27,272 bases of DNA from positions 310,001 to 337,272 of the forward strand of contig JBEKTZ010000003.1 of the NCBI GenBank assembly GCA_049515535.1. Direction: 5' to 3'. Position numbers and translations under genes: made by a program. Shown one piece after another: positions 1 through 8,669 of this stretch. This stretch comes from Candidatus Aminicenantales bacterium. Its GTDB lineage: Bacteria; Acidobacteriota; Aminicenantia; Aminicenantales; UBA4085. Within the stretch, counting starts at the first letter, position 1; each line of letters begins with the position of its first letter. The notes under the pieces are model-generated. The model did no database searches and was not told where the DNA came from. It saw nothing but the letters and a program-made list of their open reading frames with translations.

Positions 1-2
1 GG

Positions 3-287
3 GAGGACTATGCGCTGCTCAAGGCGATCGGGGCCCGGCCGCGATTCTTGCTGACCCTCATTTTGAAACAATCGTTGATCGTCTCGGTTTCCGGATTCCT
101 GATCGGACTCGCGCTCGAGGCCGCGCTCTCTCCGGCCTTGCGGAATCTCGTTCCGAGTCTTTCGGTCGTGATGACGGTTCGCTCCATTTTGGCCGTCTTC
201 GCGGCCGTCCTTTTAATCGGCGGGCTCGGCTCCGCGGCGCCCGTCAGAAAATTATCGCGCATTTTCCCGATGGAGGTCTTTCGGTGA
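3..287 (+). CDS. ABC transporter permease, FtsX/MacB family, C-terminal part (5' truncated by window)
   Basis: Frame is open from position 3: EDYALLKAIGARPRFLLTLILKQS, matching the 'E.g.LKAiGA' FtsX-permease motif, followed by hydrophobic TM segments. Its stop overlaps the start of the ATPase gene. Confidence 0.85.
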   Translation, partial: EDYALLKAIGARPRFLLTLILKQSLIVSVSGFLIGLALEAALSPALRNLVPSLSVVMTVRSILAVFAAVLLIGGLGSAAPVRKLSRIFPMEVFR

Positions 288-988
288 ATGACGCGCGGCC
301 CGCCCCGGCGATCGCGACCGAGAACCTGACGAAGATCTATCTCAATCATTCCCATCCCTCCGTCCAAGCCGTGAAAGGCGTCGGCTTGAGGGTCGCCGCG
401 GGAGAAATCGTCCTCATCAGCGGCCCGAACGGGAGCGGAAAGACGACGCTCCTGTCCATGCTCGGCTGCCTCCTCAAGCCGAACGCGGGAACGATCCGGA
501 TTTGCGGACGGGACGTGACCGTCCTGGATCAGAAGGAACTGGCCGATTTCCGGTTGAGACATATCGGATTCGTCTTTCAGAACTTTCGTCTTCTCGATTC
601 ACTGAGCGTGATGGAAAACGTCGAGCTGCCGTTGAATCTGGCCGGGATCCGCCGGCCGGAGTCCCGCGAGCGGGCGCGAGCGGCGCTCGAAGAGCTGAAG
701 ATATCTCATCGTGCGTGTTTTCACCCCAATGTTTTGAGCGGCGGAGAAAGACAGCGCGCGGCCATTGCCCGGGCCCTGGTCAACGATCCCGGGATCATCT
801 TGGCCGATGAGCCGACGGGCAGCCTCGACTCGATTGCCGGGCGGGCCGCCGTGCAATACCTCAGCGAAGCGGCGCGAAAAAGAGGCAAGGCCGTCGTTAT
901 CGTCGGCCACGACGAGCGCATCAGGTCCTTCGCCGACCGCGTCATCACGATGGAGGACGGGCGGGTGAAGAAGGAGGAACGTCCATGA
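284..988 (+). CDS. ABC transporter ATP-binding protein (LolD/MacB-like)
   Basis: Walker A GPNGSGKTT, Q-loop GFVFQ, signature LSGGERQR, Walker B IILADEPTGSLD, H-loop VGHD. Confidence 0.95.
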   Translation: MNDARPAPAIATENLTKIYLNHSHPSVQAVKGVGLRVAAGEIVLISGPNGSGKTTLLSMLGCLLKPNAGTIRICGRDVTVLDQKELADFRLRHIGFVFQNFRLLDSLSVMENVELPLNLAGIRRPESRERARAALEELKISHRACFHPNVLSGGERQRAAIARALVNDPGIILADEPTGSLDSIAGRAAVQYLSEAARKRGKAVVIVGHDERIRSFADRVITMEDGRVKKEERP

Positions 989-2070
989 CGCCGTTCTGCC
1001 GGAAAATCAATTATTCGTCTGTGAACGAAGACGGACGGTCCGAGATCCGAGCGCTCAAGATGGGCGCGGCCGACCGCGTTCTCTGCATCACGGGCAGCGG
1101 GGCGCGGCCCCTCGATCTCCTGACCGAGAACCCGGCTGAAATCGTGGCCGTGGATTTCAATCCCTGCCAGAATCATCTGCTCGAACTCAAAATGAGGGCG
1201 GTCGAAAGCCTGGCGTATGAGGATTTTCTCGGTTTTATCGGCGTCCATCCATCCGCGAAGAGGCTTCGCGTTTATAAAGAATTGCGGGGCGGGCTTTCCG
1301 TTGCGGCCGGACGATTCTGGGACGGGAAACTCCGGATGATTAAAAAAGGGATCATCTATCAAGGCGGATGGGAAAAATATTTCAAGTCGATGGCGATCCT
1401 CTTCGGTCTTGTCCGGGCCGATCTCTTAAAAGCGATCTTTTCGTGTCGCACGGTCGGCCGGCAGGCCCGGTTATGGAGCGAAGCCTGGGATTCCCCGGAG
1501 TGGAGGATGTTCCTCCGCTTCGTTTCGCGGCGGGCGGTTTGGAAATACGCCTTCCGCGATCCCGGGTTTTACCAATATGTGCCTGAAGATTTTTCGATCT
1601 ATGGATACCATGAAAGGAAATTTGAACACGCTTTCAAAAATGTCCTTCTCCGGGAGAGTCCCTACGCCGCGCTCTTGTTTCTGGGCCGGCTTGCGGACGC
1701 GCTGCCTCCCCATCTTCAGGAACGGCACTATGAAACCTTGCGCAAAAATCTTCACAAGGTTCGGATCGTGACAGGATCGCTCGGGGACATCCTCGCTGGC
1801 GGCGCCGAATCGTTCGATAAATACTCGCTCTCCGATTTTTCCTCCTATACGGATAAACGGGAATATCGGCGGATCTGGCGCGGAGTCATAAAGTCGGCGG
1901 CTCCCGGGGCGCGCGCCTGCGAGCGGCAATATCTGGTCAAAAGAGATGTTCCTTGGGACGTTCAAGCTTGCGTCCGCAGAGAGAGCGAGCTGGAAAAGGA
2001 CCTTGAACGAACGGACAACTCGCTCTTCTTTTCCTTTGTCGTCGCGGAAATAGGGGACCGGCGCGGATGA
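985..2070 (+). CDS. DUF3419 / BtaA-like SAM-dependent 3-amino-3-carboxypropyl transferase
   Basis: N-terminal INYSSVNED, VLCITGSGARPLDLL, AVDFNPCQNHLLELK and C-terminal FDKYSLSD are recognisable BtaA/DUF3419 motifs. ATGA overlap with the upstream gene and a GGAGG RBS. Confidence 0.8.
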   Translation: MTPFCRKINYSSVNEDGRSEIRALKMGAADRVLCITGSGARPLDLLTENPAEIVAVDFNPCQNHLLELKMRAVESLAYEDFLGFIGVHPSAKRLRVYKELRGGLSVAAGRFWDGKLRMIKKGIIYQGGWEKYFKSMAILFGLVRADLLKAIFSCRTVGRQARLWSEAWDSPEWRMFLRFVSRRAVWKYAFRDPGFYQYVPEDFSIYGYHERKFEHAFKNVLLRESPYAALLFLGRLADALPPHLQERHYETLRKNLHKVRIVTGSLGDILAGGAESFDKYSLSDFSSYTDKREYRRIWRGVIKSAAPGARACERQYLVKRDVPWDVQACVRRESELEKDLERTDNSLFFSFVVAEIGDRRG

Positions 2071-3080
2071 GCGACGTAAAGATATTTCCTTATTCCCCGG
2101 CCGACGATGGGGCCGCCCTGGCCCTGGAGGAGAAGTGCGTCCAGGGGACATCGCTGAAAATTTCGTTCCGTCGGCCGGATTTTCGCGCCCGTTCCGAGCT
2201 CTATGAGAACGCCCGGATTTACTGCGCCCGCAGGGATGGCGAACTCATTGGAATCATCGCCGGGGCGCTGAAAGACGTGCGGCTTCACGGCGAGATGGTT
2301 CGAGCTCTCTATTTTTATGACCTCCGCGTGCATCCCGCTTTCAGGAACGGGGGGGTCGGGAAAAAGCTGACGAACGCCGTCATCGACGACCTGGGAAAGA
2401 ACGCGGATTGCCTCTACACTCTGGTCAACGGCGAAAACGCTAAAGCCATGAACCTCGCCCGCCGCAATTTCGCCCCAAAAGCCGTCATTCCGCTGACCTA
2501 CGCCCTGTTTCCTGTTTACAAGAAGCGAAAAGAGCGGGAAGCGTGGCGGTTCGAAAAAGCGGCGGATCTCCACGCGTCTTATGAGCGGGCCCATCCCGAT
2601 CTGGAATTCAGGCCCCTTTTCCGTGAAGAGAGACTGAGCGGCTACGTGACGAGCTTGATCCTGGAAAAACGGAATGGAACGGGCTGTTCGATCTGGACGA
2701 ATGAGAATATCTTGGCTGAACAGGTGACCCAAATCCCTTCCCGGATGAGGAGGCTACGGGCTCTGTCCCGCGCGCTCAGCCCGTTCGTCAGGCTGCCTCA
2801 TATTCCGGCCGACAATGAGATCATCCGGAGCTGGTTCCTGTTCGATTTCCACGCGGAAGGCCCCCAGGAATTGAGAAGCCTTCTCGCGGCCGTCAACAAT
2901 CTGGCCCTCGCCCGGGGCCGGACGTATTTTTATATCCTCGTCCGGGACGGCGATCCGCTTCTCGGAACTCTTCGGGCAGCGGGGCCGAGGTTTATCACCT
3001 TTCCGTACCGCTTATTGGCCAAGGGAAGGGTTTTCCCCCTTGAATCGGATGATTTTTATATCGATATCCGGGATTTATAA
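2067..3080 (+). CDS. GNAT family N-acyltransferase (N-terminal GNAT domain plus C-terminal extension)
   Basis: YFYDLRVHPAFRNGGVGKKL acetyl-CoA-binding motif A and N..A motif (NGENAKAM). ATGA overlap with the DUF3419 gene. Confidence 0.8.
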   Translation: MSDVKIFPYSPADDGAALALEEKCVQGTSLKISFRRPDFRARSELYENARIYCARRDGELIGIIAGALKDVRLHGEMVRALYFYDLRVHPAFRNGGVGKKLTNAVIDDLGKNADCLYTLVNGENAKAMNLARRNFAPKAVIPLTYALFPVYKKRKEREAWRFEKAADLHASYERAHPDLEFRPLFREERLSGYVTSLILEKRNGTGCSIWTNENILAEQVTQIPSRMRRLRALSRALSPFVRLPHIPADNEIIRSWFLFDFHAEGPQELRSLLAAVNNLALARGRTYFYILVRDGDPLLGTLRAAGPRFITFPYRLLAKGRVFPLESDDFYIDIRDL

Positions 3081-3237
3081 AAGAGCAAAGGGGGAAAAGA
3101 GCCCTTCCCCGGCGGACGGGGCCCCGGGCTTTACCCGGGGGTCCACTTCCGCCGCGAAGGCTCGTCCCTTGACGAAACGCCGTCTCCCGAAGCGATGGCA
3201 TTCATCGCCGACTGGATCCTGAATCTGCCAAGACCGC

Positions 3238-3885
3238 TCACCGGCGGAGCCAGATTTTCAGAGAGCCGAGGATGAAAAGAAACGACAGCCCGACCAGGAC
3301 GATCCCCAGCCAAAAATAAACCCGCCTCAAAACGTGAACGGGGAAAAAATGTTTTACTCGTCTGAGAAAGAACGCCAAGGCCGTCAGATAGCTTCCCAGC
3401 CCCAAGCCGCCAGCCAGAATGAACAGGAGCGAGGATTTCGGGGTGAAGGATTCGACCACCCCGAGTTTTTCGGCGATGCCCTTCCCGATCAACCAGATGA
3501 GAATCATGGGCGGGTTGGAAAAGGCCAGCGAAAACCCGGTTAGGTATGACAGCCGGCCCCGGCGCAGCAGGGCATGATTGAAATCCACATTGTGAGGCTT
3601 GGCGCTTTCCTTGAACGTGAAGCAGGCCAGCACCCACAGCAATAACCCTCCGGCCAGGTAAAACCAAGCGACCACGGACGGGTGGGACAGAAAAGGGGCG
3701 ATGCCGAAAAAGGCCACGAAGCCGTAGACCATGTCCGAGCTGGCCGAACCCATCGCGACCAGGACGGCGGCCCTCATGTGGTTGTTCAGGGCGCGTTTGG
3801 CGACCTCGATTTGGGAGCCGCCGATGGGGATGGCCGTCACGAATCCCAAAACGAAGGCCAGGAGAACCAGAAAAAGGAGTTTCAT
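3238..3885 (-). CDS. LysE/RhtB family translocator
   Basis: 215 aa, about 6 hydrophobic segments, GFVTAIPIG and TGFSLAFSNP motifs typical of LysE. Overlaps the GT9 stop (ATGA). Confidence 0.75.
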   Translation of the reverse strand: MKLLFLVLLAFVLGFVTAIPIGGSQIEVAKRALNNHMRAAVLVAMGSASSDMVYGFVAFFGIAPFLSHPSVVAWFYLAGGLLLWVLACFTFKESAKPHNVDFNHALLRRGRLSYLTGFSLAFSNPPMILIWLIGKGIAEKLGVVESFTPKSSLLFILAGGLGLGSYLTALAFFLRRVKHFFPVHVLRRVYFWLGIVLVGLSFLFILGSLKIWLRR

Positions 3886-5225
3886 CGGGGAGCGTTCGTC
3901 ATGACGCGGATTTCCCCTCGGCGATTTTGGCTAGGGGTCGATGCGTCGGTTTCGGCGCGGATATCCGACACCAAGGCCTCGAGATCCATCGACTCGAAGC
4001 AGCGGACTGTCTTGCAGGTCTTGTACATTTTGTTCGCGCAGGTGATGTTGCGGCAGGGGCTGCCCGCCACGTAGGCGTGCGAGGGGGCGTCCTGGTTGGC
4101 CGGAAGAAAGCCGCGGCGGCTCGAATCGTAGCCGGACATCCGGGCCGGCGTGGCCCCGAAGAGACAATAAATGGCCGTCCGGTTGCGGAAAGCGCGGGAC
4201 AAGGACGGCGAGACTTTCCGCGCCGCGCCCGCGTGAAGCGGCCCCGTGTCGCCCGAGATGAAGGCGGAAGCGCAGTCGATTAACACCGAATAGGCCTCCA
4301 GACGCAGGGTCGGCGGGATGATCCGGATCTCCCGCCGCCGTTCGGGCGGGAGGGCATCTCTGAGGCGGACCCCGATGTTTTTTTCGCTGTGGCCGGCCCC
4401 GACCAGGATCGGCCGGGAGAGGTCCGTCAGGCGGCTCAGAAGCTCTACCTGCTGGGAGAATGGTAACCGGGAGAAGGGAGAAGCCGCGTCCGGATTGTAG
4501 AGGAGGAACGGACTGCCGTCGAAAAGATCATTGGCCTTCAGGAAACGCTCGGTCTCCTCCGCGGCGTCTTCGGCCAGGTTGAGGGGGACTCCGGTGAAGG
4601 CCCCGGCCCGCCGGGGAGAGAAAAAGGCCGACAGAAGGTCATGGATGAACCGGTGGGCCTGGTAGAGGAAATGGTTGGGCGCCGTGGGATGGAATTCGTT
4701 CCAGACGAGGAACGATACGTGGTCTACAAAATGGATCACCGCCAGGTTAGGCGGGAAAAGCGGGCCATCGCCGAGGAAGGGGTTGAAATTGATGCAGACG
4801 TCATAGCCACGAGCGGAGAGGAGCGCTTTCAGACCCCGGAGATCGGATTCCACCGGCATGGTCGCGCCGGTGAAGAGCGGAATCAGGCACGAAATTTCGG
4901 GGTTGCCCTCGATCAGGCCGGTGACTGTCTTTTTGACGACGTAGTCGATTTCGGCGTCCGGGAAAAAATCCCGCAGGGCCGAAACGGCGGCCTGCATCAT
5001 GATGGAGTCCCCGATATGAATGTCCGGCAGGACAACGATTTTCCGAAAGCCTCGCGCCTTTTCAAGGCGGCGGCGGCTGTGTTGGACGGAATGCCTACGA
5101 AGCAGGGAATTACCCAGCAGAGGAACCAGGATGGAATCGAACAACTTTGCCCCCGCGCGGGGGAATCGGTCCGTAAGAGCGCTGGTGAAGTGAAAGGAAG
5201 CCTCATATAAAAGGTTCGGTTTCAT
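3882..5225 (-). CDS. Glycosyltransferase family 9 (heptosyltransferase-like)
   Basis: HIGDSIMM..ALR..FPDAEID, LIEGNPEI, FISGDTGPLHAGAA and LFGAT motifs of GT9. Confidence 0.85.
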   Translation of the reverse strand: MKPNLLYEASFHFTSALTDRFPRAGAKLFDSILVPLLGNSLLRRHSVQHSRRRLEKARGFRKIVVLPDIHIGDSIMMQAAVSALRDFFPDAEIDYVVKKTVTGLIEGNPEISCLIPLFTGATMPVESDLRGLKALLSARGYDVCINFNPFLGDGPLFPPNLAVIHFVDHVSFLVWNEFHPTAPNHFLYQAHRFIHDLLSAFFSPRRAGAFTGVPLNLAEDAAEETERFLKANDLFDGSPFLLYNPDAASPFSRLPFSQQVELLSRLTDLSRPILVGAGHSEKNIGVRLRDALPPERRREIRIIPPTLRLEAYSVLIDCASAFISGDTGPLHAGAARKVSPSLSRAFRNRTAIYCLFGATPARMSGYDSSRRGFLPANQDAPSHAYVAGSPCRNITCANKMYKTCKTVRCFESMDLEALVSDIRAETDASTPSQNRRGEIRVMTNAPR

Positions 5226-5283
5226 ATCTGCGGCCGCCGGGCTACACCCGCTCTGGGGCGGGGCCCTAGCCGGGTCGCCTCTG

Positions 5284-5313
5284 ATTGTGGGGGGTGGCGC
5301 GTTTTCGTGTCAA
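5284..5313 (-). promoter_or_regulatory. Putative sigma70 promoter for GT9-LysE
   Basis: Minus strand TTGACA (5313-5308), 18 nt, CACAAT (5289-5284). Confidence 0.4.
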
Positions 5314-5373
5314 GCGAACGTAGGATGGACCATGACCGTTTAATCAGAATTCTCGGTTTCCTTCCTTCTTAGC

Positions 5374-6321
5374 TTACTTGGCGATCTTGCCCTGCGGATC
5401 GATCGTCACTTCCACTTTTTTGTCTTTGACCTGGAGGGACAATTCGAAAAGCTTTGTGCCGTCTTTGGTCAGGATATCAGCTTTGAGGACTTTTGCGCCG
5501 GGATATTCCTTGGCCAGCGTTTGCTTGACGGGAGCGGGAAGGTTCTCGGGAGAGATTGTTTCCTCGATCTCGGTCGCCTTGCCGTCGGCCGTGTAGAGAA
5601 GATCGCGATTGAGCTTGCCGTCGACGCTTTCGACTTCATACAAGGTCACGCCCTTTTCGGTTTCCTTGCTGGCGCCCGTGATCACGGCGTTGGGATAAGC
5701 CGTCTTGAACGCGTTCAAGACCGCGGGGGGAAGGATCTTGAGGTCGACCGCCCCGGTTTTGGGCTTAGCGGCGTCTTCCTTTTCTTCCTTCTCTTCGTCC
5801 TTTTCAGCTTCTTCCGCTTCCTTCTCCTTGGCCTTGACTTCCGCCGCAGGCGTTTTCTGGATCTTGCCCTGCGGATCGATCGTCACTTCCACTTTTTTGT
5901 CTTTGACCTGGAGGGCCAATTCGAAAAGCTTGGCACCGTCCTTGGTCAGGATCTCGGCTTTGAGGACTTTGGCGCCCGGATATTCCTTGGCCAGCGTCTG
6001 TTTGACGGGGGCAGGAAGGTTCTCCGGGGCGATGGTTTCCTCGATCTCGGTCGCCTTGCCGTCGGCCGTGTAGAGGAGATCGCGATTGAGCTTGCCGTCG
6101 ACGCTTTCGACTTCATACAAGGTCACGCCCTTTTCGGTTTCCTTGCTGGCGCCCGTGATCACGGCGTTGGGATAAGCCGTCTTGAACGCTTGCAAAACCG
6201 CGGGGGGAAGGATCTTGAGGTCGACCACCCCGGTTTTGGGCTTGTCCTGCGCGACGGCGATCCCGGAAAGGATCAGCATCAGAGCAAAAACGATCATCAA
6301 AAATCGGCCCGTGTGTTTCAT
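5374..6321 (-). CDS. Secreted PepSY-like (BLIP-like/DUF2874-type) repeat protein with a duplicated 128-aa unit
   Basis: Signal peptide ending AVA-Q; LPPAV..AF...YPNA.I....KE......YEVE and LPAPV.......YPGA repeats typical of PepSY-like domains; acidic linker between the units; AAGGAG RBS. Confidence 0.8.
   Translation of the reverse strand: MKHTGRFLMIVFALMLILSGIAVAQDKPKTGVVDLKILPPAVLQAFKTAYPNAVITGASKETEKGVTLYEVESVDGKLNRDLLYTADGKATEIEETIAPENLPAPVKQTLAKEYPGAKVLKAEILTKDGAKLFELALQVKDKKVEVTIDPQGKIQKTPAAEVKAKEKEAEEAEKDEEKEEKEDAAKPKTGAVDLKILPPAVLNAFKTAYPNAVITGASKETEKGVTLYEVESVDGKLNRDLLYTADGKATEIEETISPENLPAPVKQTLAKEYPGAKVLKADILTKDGTKLFELSLQVKDKKVEVTIDPQGKIAK
5383..6243. repeat. Intragenic direct repeat, 384 bp x2 (5383-5766 and 5860-6243)
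   Basis: The copies align without gaps at 477-bp offset; about 22 mismatches by hand count (~94% identity). Confidence 0.95.
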
Positions 6322-6355
6322 GAATGTTCTCCTTAAAATACTGTCAATCGCCTCG

Positions 6356-6389
6356 ATTCTATCTCGGCGAACCTGAACGGATGATGAAC
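6356..6389 (-). promoter_or_regulatory. OmpR-type direct-repeat box plus -10 upstream of the PepSY-like gene
   Basis: + strand TGAAC at 6374-6378 and 6385-6389 (11-bp period); minus-strand TAGAAT at 6361-6356. Confidence 0.7.
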
Positions 6390-6411
6390 GAAAACTCTTT
6401 CCGCGCCCCGC

Positions 6412-8574
6412 TCATCTTGTCCCGAAATACCAGACGAACTTGAGCATGGCCACGGTCTTGGTCAATCGCCAATTTTGGTGCGGGTCGAGGCTATCGCCGA
6501 ACTGGTTGAGGACGAAATAGAGCACGGCGCCCGGCTTGGGAATCCAGGTGACGCGGAAGTTGAAGAGGATCTTGTTCTCGTCGTTGTTCCACTGGACGAA
6601 GACCGCCCCGAAGAGCTTGGGAGTCAAGGAAAAATTCATCCGCGTGACGAGTTCGTCGATGGCGAATCCGCCGTCCGGAAGACGGATGTCGGTCCGTTTG
6701 TAGGCCAGGTTCAGCGCGTAATATTTGTTCGGTTTCCAGGTCGCTTGGGCATCCCACTCCGTGCTCGAGCCATCGTAGAATTTTCCCCAATTGACGCCGG
6801 CGTCGAAGACGAGCGGCCGTCCGTCGAAGGTGGAAAATTGGATTTCTCCCCGGTTCGTCCAATAGCGCCCGGAGCGGATGACATGACCTTCGCGAATCTC
6901 GAAATCTTCGGTCAGGTCCTCGGCGTTGCGCTGGATGTTGATTTCCAGGTTCTCGCCGCTCTTGAAAAACACAGCCAACGGACGGAATTCCATATAGACG
7001 GACTGCATTCTGTGCGTCACTTCGTCAATGTAATAATTGATTTCGATCGGCTTGAATTGGAGCTTTTGGATCCAAGGCAAGAAGTCCGGCCGGGGGTTGA
7101 TCCGCCATTTCGCCGTATATATCTGGTAGCTCGTCCGGCTCAGGAACCCGACCTCCGGGTTGAAATTCTTACCCGCTCGCTCCCAGGAGGCGCTGAGCTC
7201 GATCAGGTCGTTAGGGTAGTTAAAAAACAGGCGTTGGGCGCTGCCGGTCGCCGCCTCCCGATCGGACGTATAGGTCGCAGCGAACGCGCCGCCGAACTGG
7301 AAATTCTTGTTTCCGAATAGCTTGGACGTCGAGTAGAGTGCGTCCACGCCGCCCGTCCCATTGAACCGACCCGATTGGGCGGCCCCGATTGCGAGCGCGC
7401 CGATCGATGATTGCTCTCCCAGGTCCTGTTTATAGCGGACGAGAGAAAAATTCGTCGCTTTGGCCATGTCGGTATCCTGGCTCTGGAGGACCATTATCCC
7501 GAGCGTCGTTCCTCCCATTTTGCCGAGAAAACGGGCGCCTCCGAGAATGGGTGTTTGCTCCCCCTGGTAAATGCCGATCCGGCGGCTGTAAAACGGCCGG
7601 GCCTTCCCGAGAGGGAAGTCGAAGAAATTCTGGGCTTCGAGGTAGAATTGCCTCTTTTCCGGCAGAGAGATGGAAAAGCGGGTCAAGTTGACGATCATCT
7701 GGTCGGATTCGACCTGGGCGAAATCCGGGTGGACCGTGAAATCGAGCTTGACGGTCGGGTTGATCAGATAGTTGAAATCCAGCCCGATGCTGCCGACGGT
7801 CGTCGCCGGCATTTGGATCGCCTTTTCCGCCCCGGCGAGGGCATAGGGGCGGAATTCGAATATCCTCATCCGGGTCAGGGCCTGCAATCCGGTCAGCGTC
7901 CCCGCCCGGTTGACCTGCGCCAGCATGGAATCCCGCGACCAGCCCTGCCAGAGGACCTGCTCGCGCTTGCGGCGGATGTTCCGCTCGAAATTGATTCCCC
8001 AGGTCTGTTCGTTCGCCGCGCTGAATTTCAATGTCGAGAAAGGGATCTTGATCTCCGCGAACCAGCCTTGGTCCGTCCGCCTGGCCGCGACGTACCAGAC
8101 CCCGTTCCAGTCGGCGTTCAGTTTCCGGCTATTGTCCGTGACAAGGGCGTCGTACTGCGCGCCGTTGGGGTTGATGATGAAGAGATAGGCATTCCGCTTA
8201 TCTCCATACGTGTCCAGGGCGATTTCGAAATTGTCTTCGTTCCCATATTCGAAGTCCCACTTCATTTTCTGGGCGATGATTTTGTCCGGTTCGGCGTCGA
8301 AGCACCAGACGCCGATAAAAAGTTCGGTCTTGGAATAGAGAACAGCGACCTCGGTTCTTTCCGTGGCCGGCTGGTTTTCGTTGAGCTCGCGCTGGGTGAA
8401 GTTGGAGATGCGCGGAGCCGTGGCCCAGTCCGCCTCGTCCATGATCCCGTCCAAGCGGATCGCGGACTTGGCGGGGACGGCTTTGAGCGTATCGGGCCGG
8501 CTGTGTTGGGATTGCAGCGGGAGGGCGAGGGCGAGAAGGCCGATCACGGCGGCCGCTTTCTTAACGAAGATCAC
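6412..8574 (-). CDS. DUF5916 / CBM9-like domain outer-membrane protein
   Basis: Signal peptide; IRLDG.MDEADW CBM9-like start; GWFAEIKIPFSTLKF, WGINFER, HPDFAQVESD, PEKRQFYLE, FYSRRIG; aromatic C-terminus. Start placed at GTG 8574 (AAGGAG 6 nt upstream) rather than ATG 8610. Confidence 0.8.
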   Translation of the reverse strand: MIFVKKAAAVIGLLALALPLQSQHSRPDTLKAVPAKSAIRLDGIMDEADWATAPRISNFTQRELNENQPATERTEVAVLYSKTELFIGVWCFDAEPDKIIAQKMKWDFEYGNEDNFEIALDTYGDKRNAYLFIINPNGAQYDALVTDNSRKLNADWNGVWYVAARRTDQGWFAEIKIPFSTLKFSAANEQTWGINFERNIRRKREQVLWQGWSRDSMLAQVNRAGTLTGLQALTRMRIFEFRPYALAGAEKAIQMPATTVGSIGLDFNYLINPTVKLDFTVHPDFAQVESDQMIVNLTRFSISLPEKRQFYLEAQNFFDFPLGKARPFYSRRIGIYQGEQTPILGGARFLGKMGGTTLGIMVLQSQDTDMAKATNFSLVRYKQDLGEQSSIGALAIGAAQSGRFNGTGGVDALYSTSKLFGNKNFQFGGAFAATYTSDREAATGSAQRLFFNYPNDLIELSASWERAGKNFNPEVGFLSRTSYQIYTAKWRINPRPDFLPWIQKLQFKPIEINYYIDEVTHRMQSVYMEFRPLAVFFKSGENLEINIQRNAEDLTEDFEIREGHVIRSGRYWTNRGEIQFSTFDGRPLVFDAGVNWGKFYDGSSTEWDAQATWKPNKYYALNLAYKRTDIRLPDGGFAIDELVTRMNFSLTPKLFGAVFVQWNNDENKILFNFRVTWIPKPGAVLYFVLNQFGDSLDPHQNWRLTKTVAMLKFVWYFGTR

Positions 8575-8623
8575 GAGGCGCTCCTTTGACAATACAGAGG
8601 TTCGATTCATAATGTCGAAGGGG

Positions 8624-8657
8624 ATGATACAGCCGCGAAGATGAACGGAAGGTGAAC
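8624..8657 (-). promoter_or_regulatory. OmpR-type direct-repeat box plus -10 upstream of the DUF5916 gene
   Basis: + strand TGAAC at 8642-8646 and 8653-8657; minus-strand TATCAT at 8629-8624. Confidence 0.7.
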
Positions 8658-8669
8658 CGATTTTTTCCG

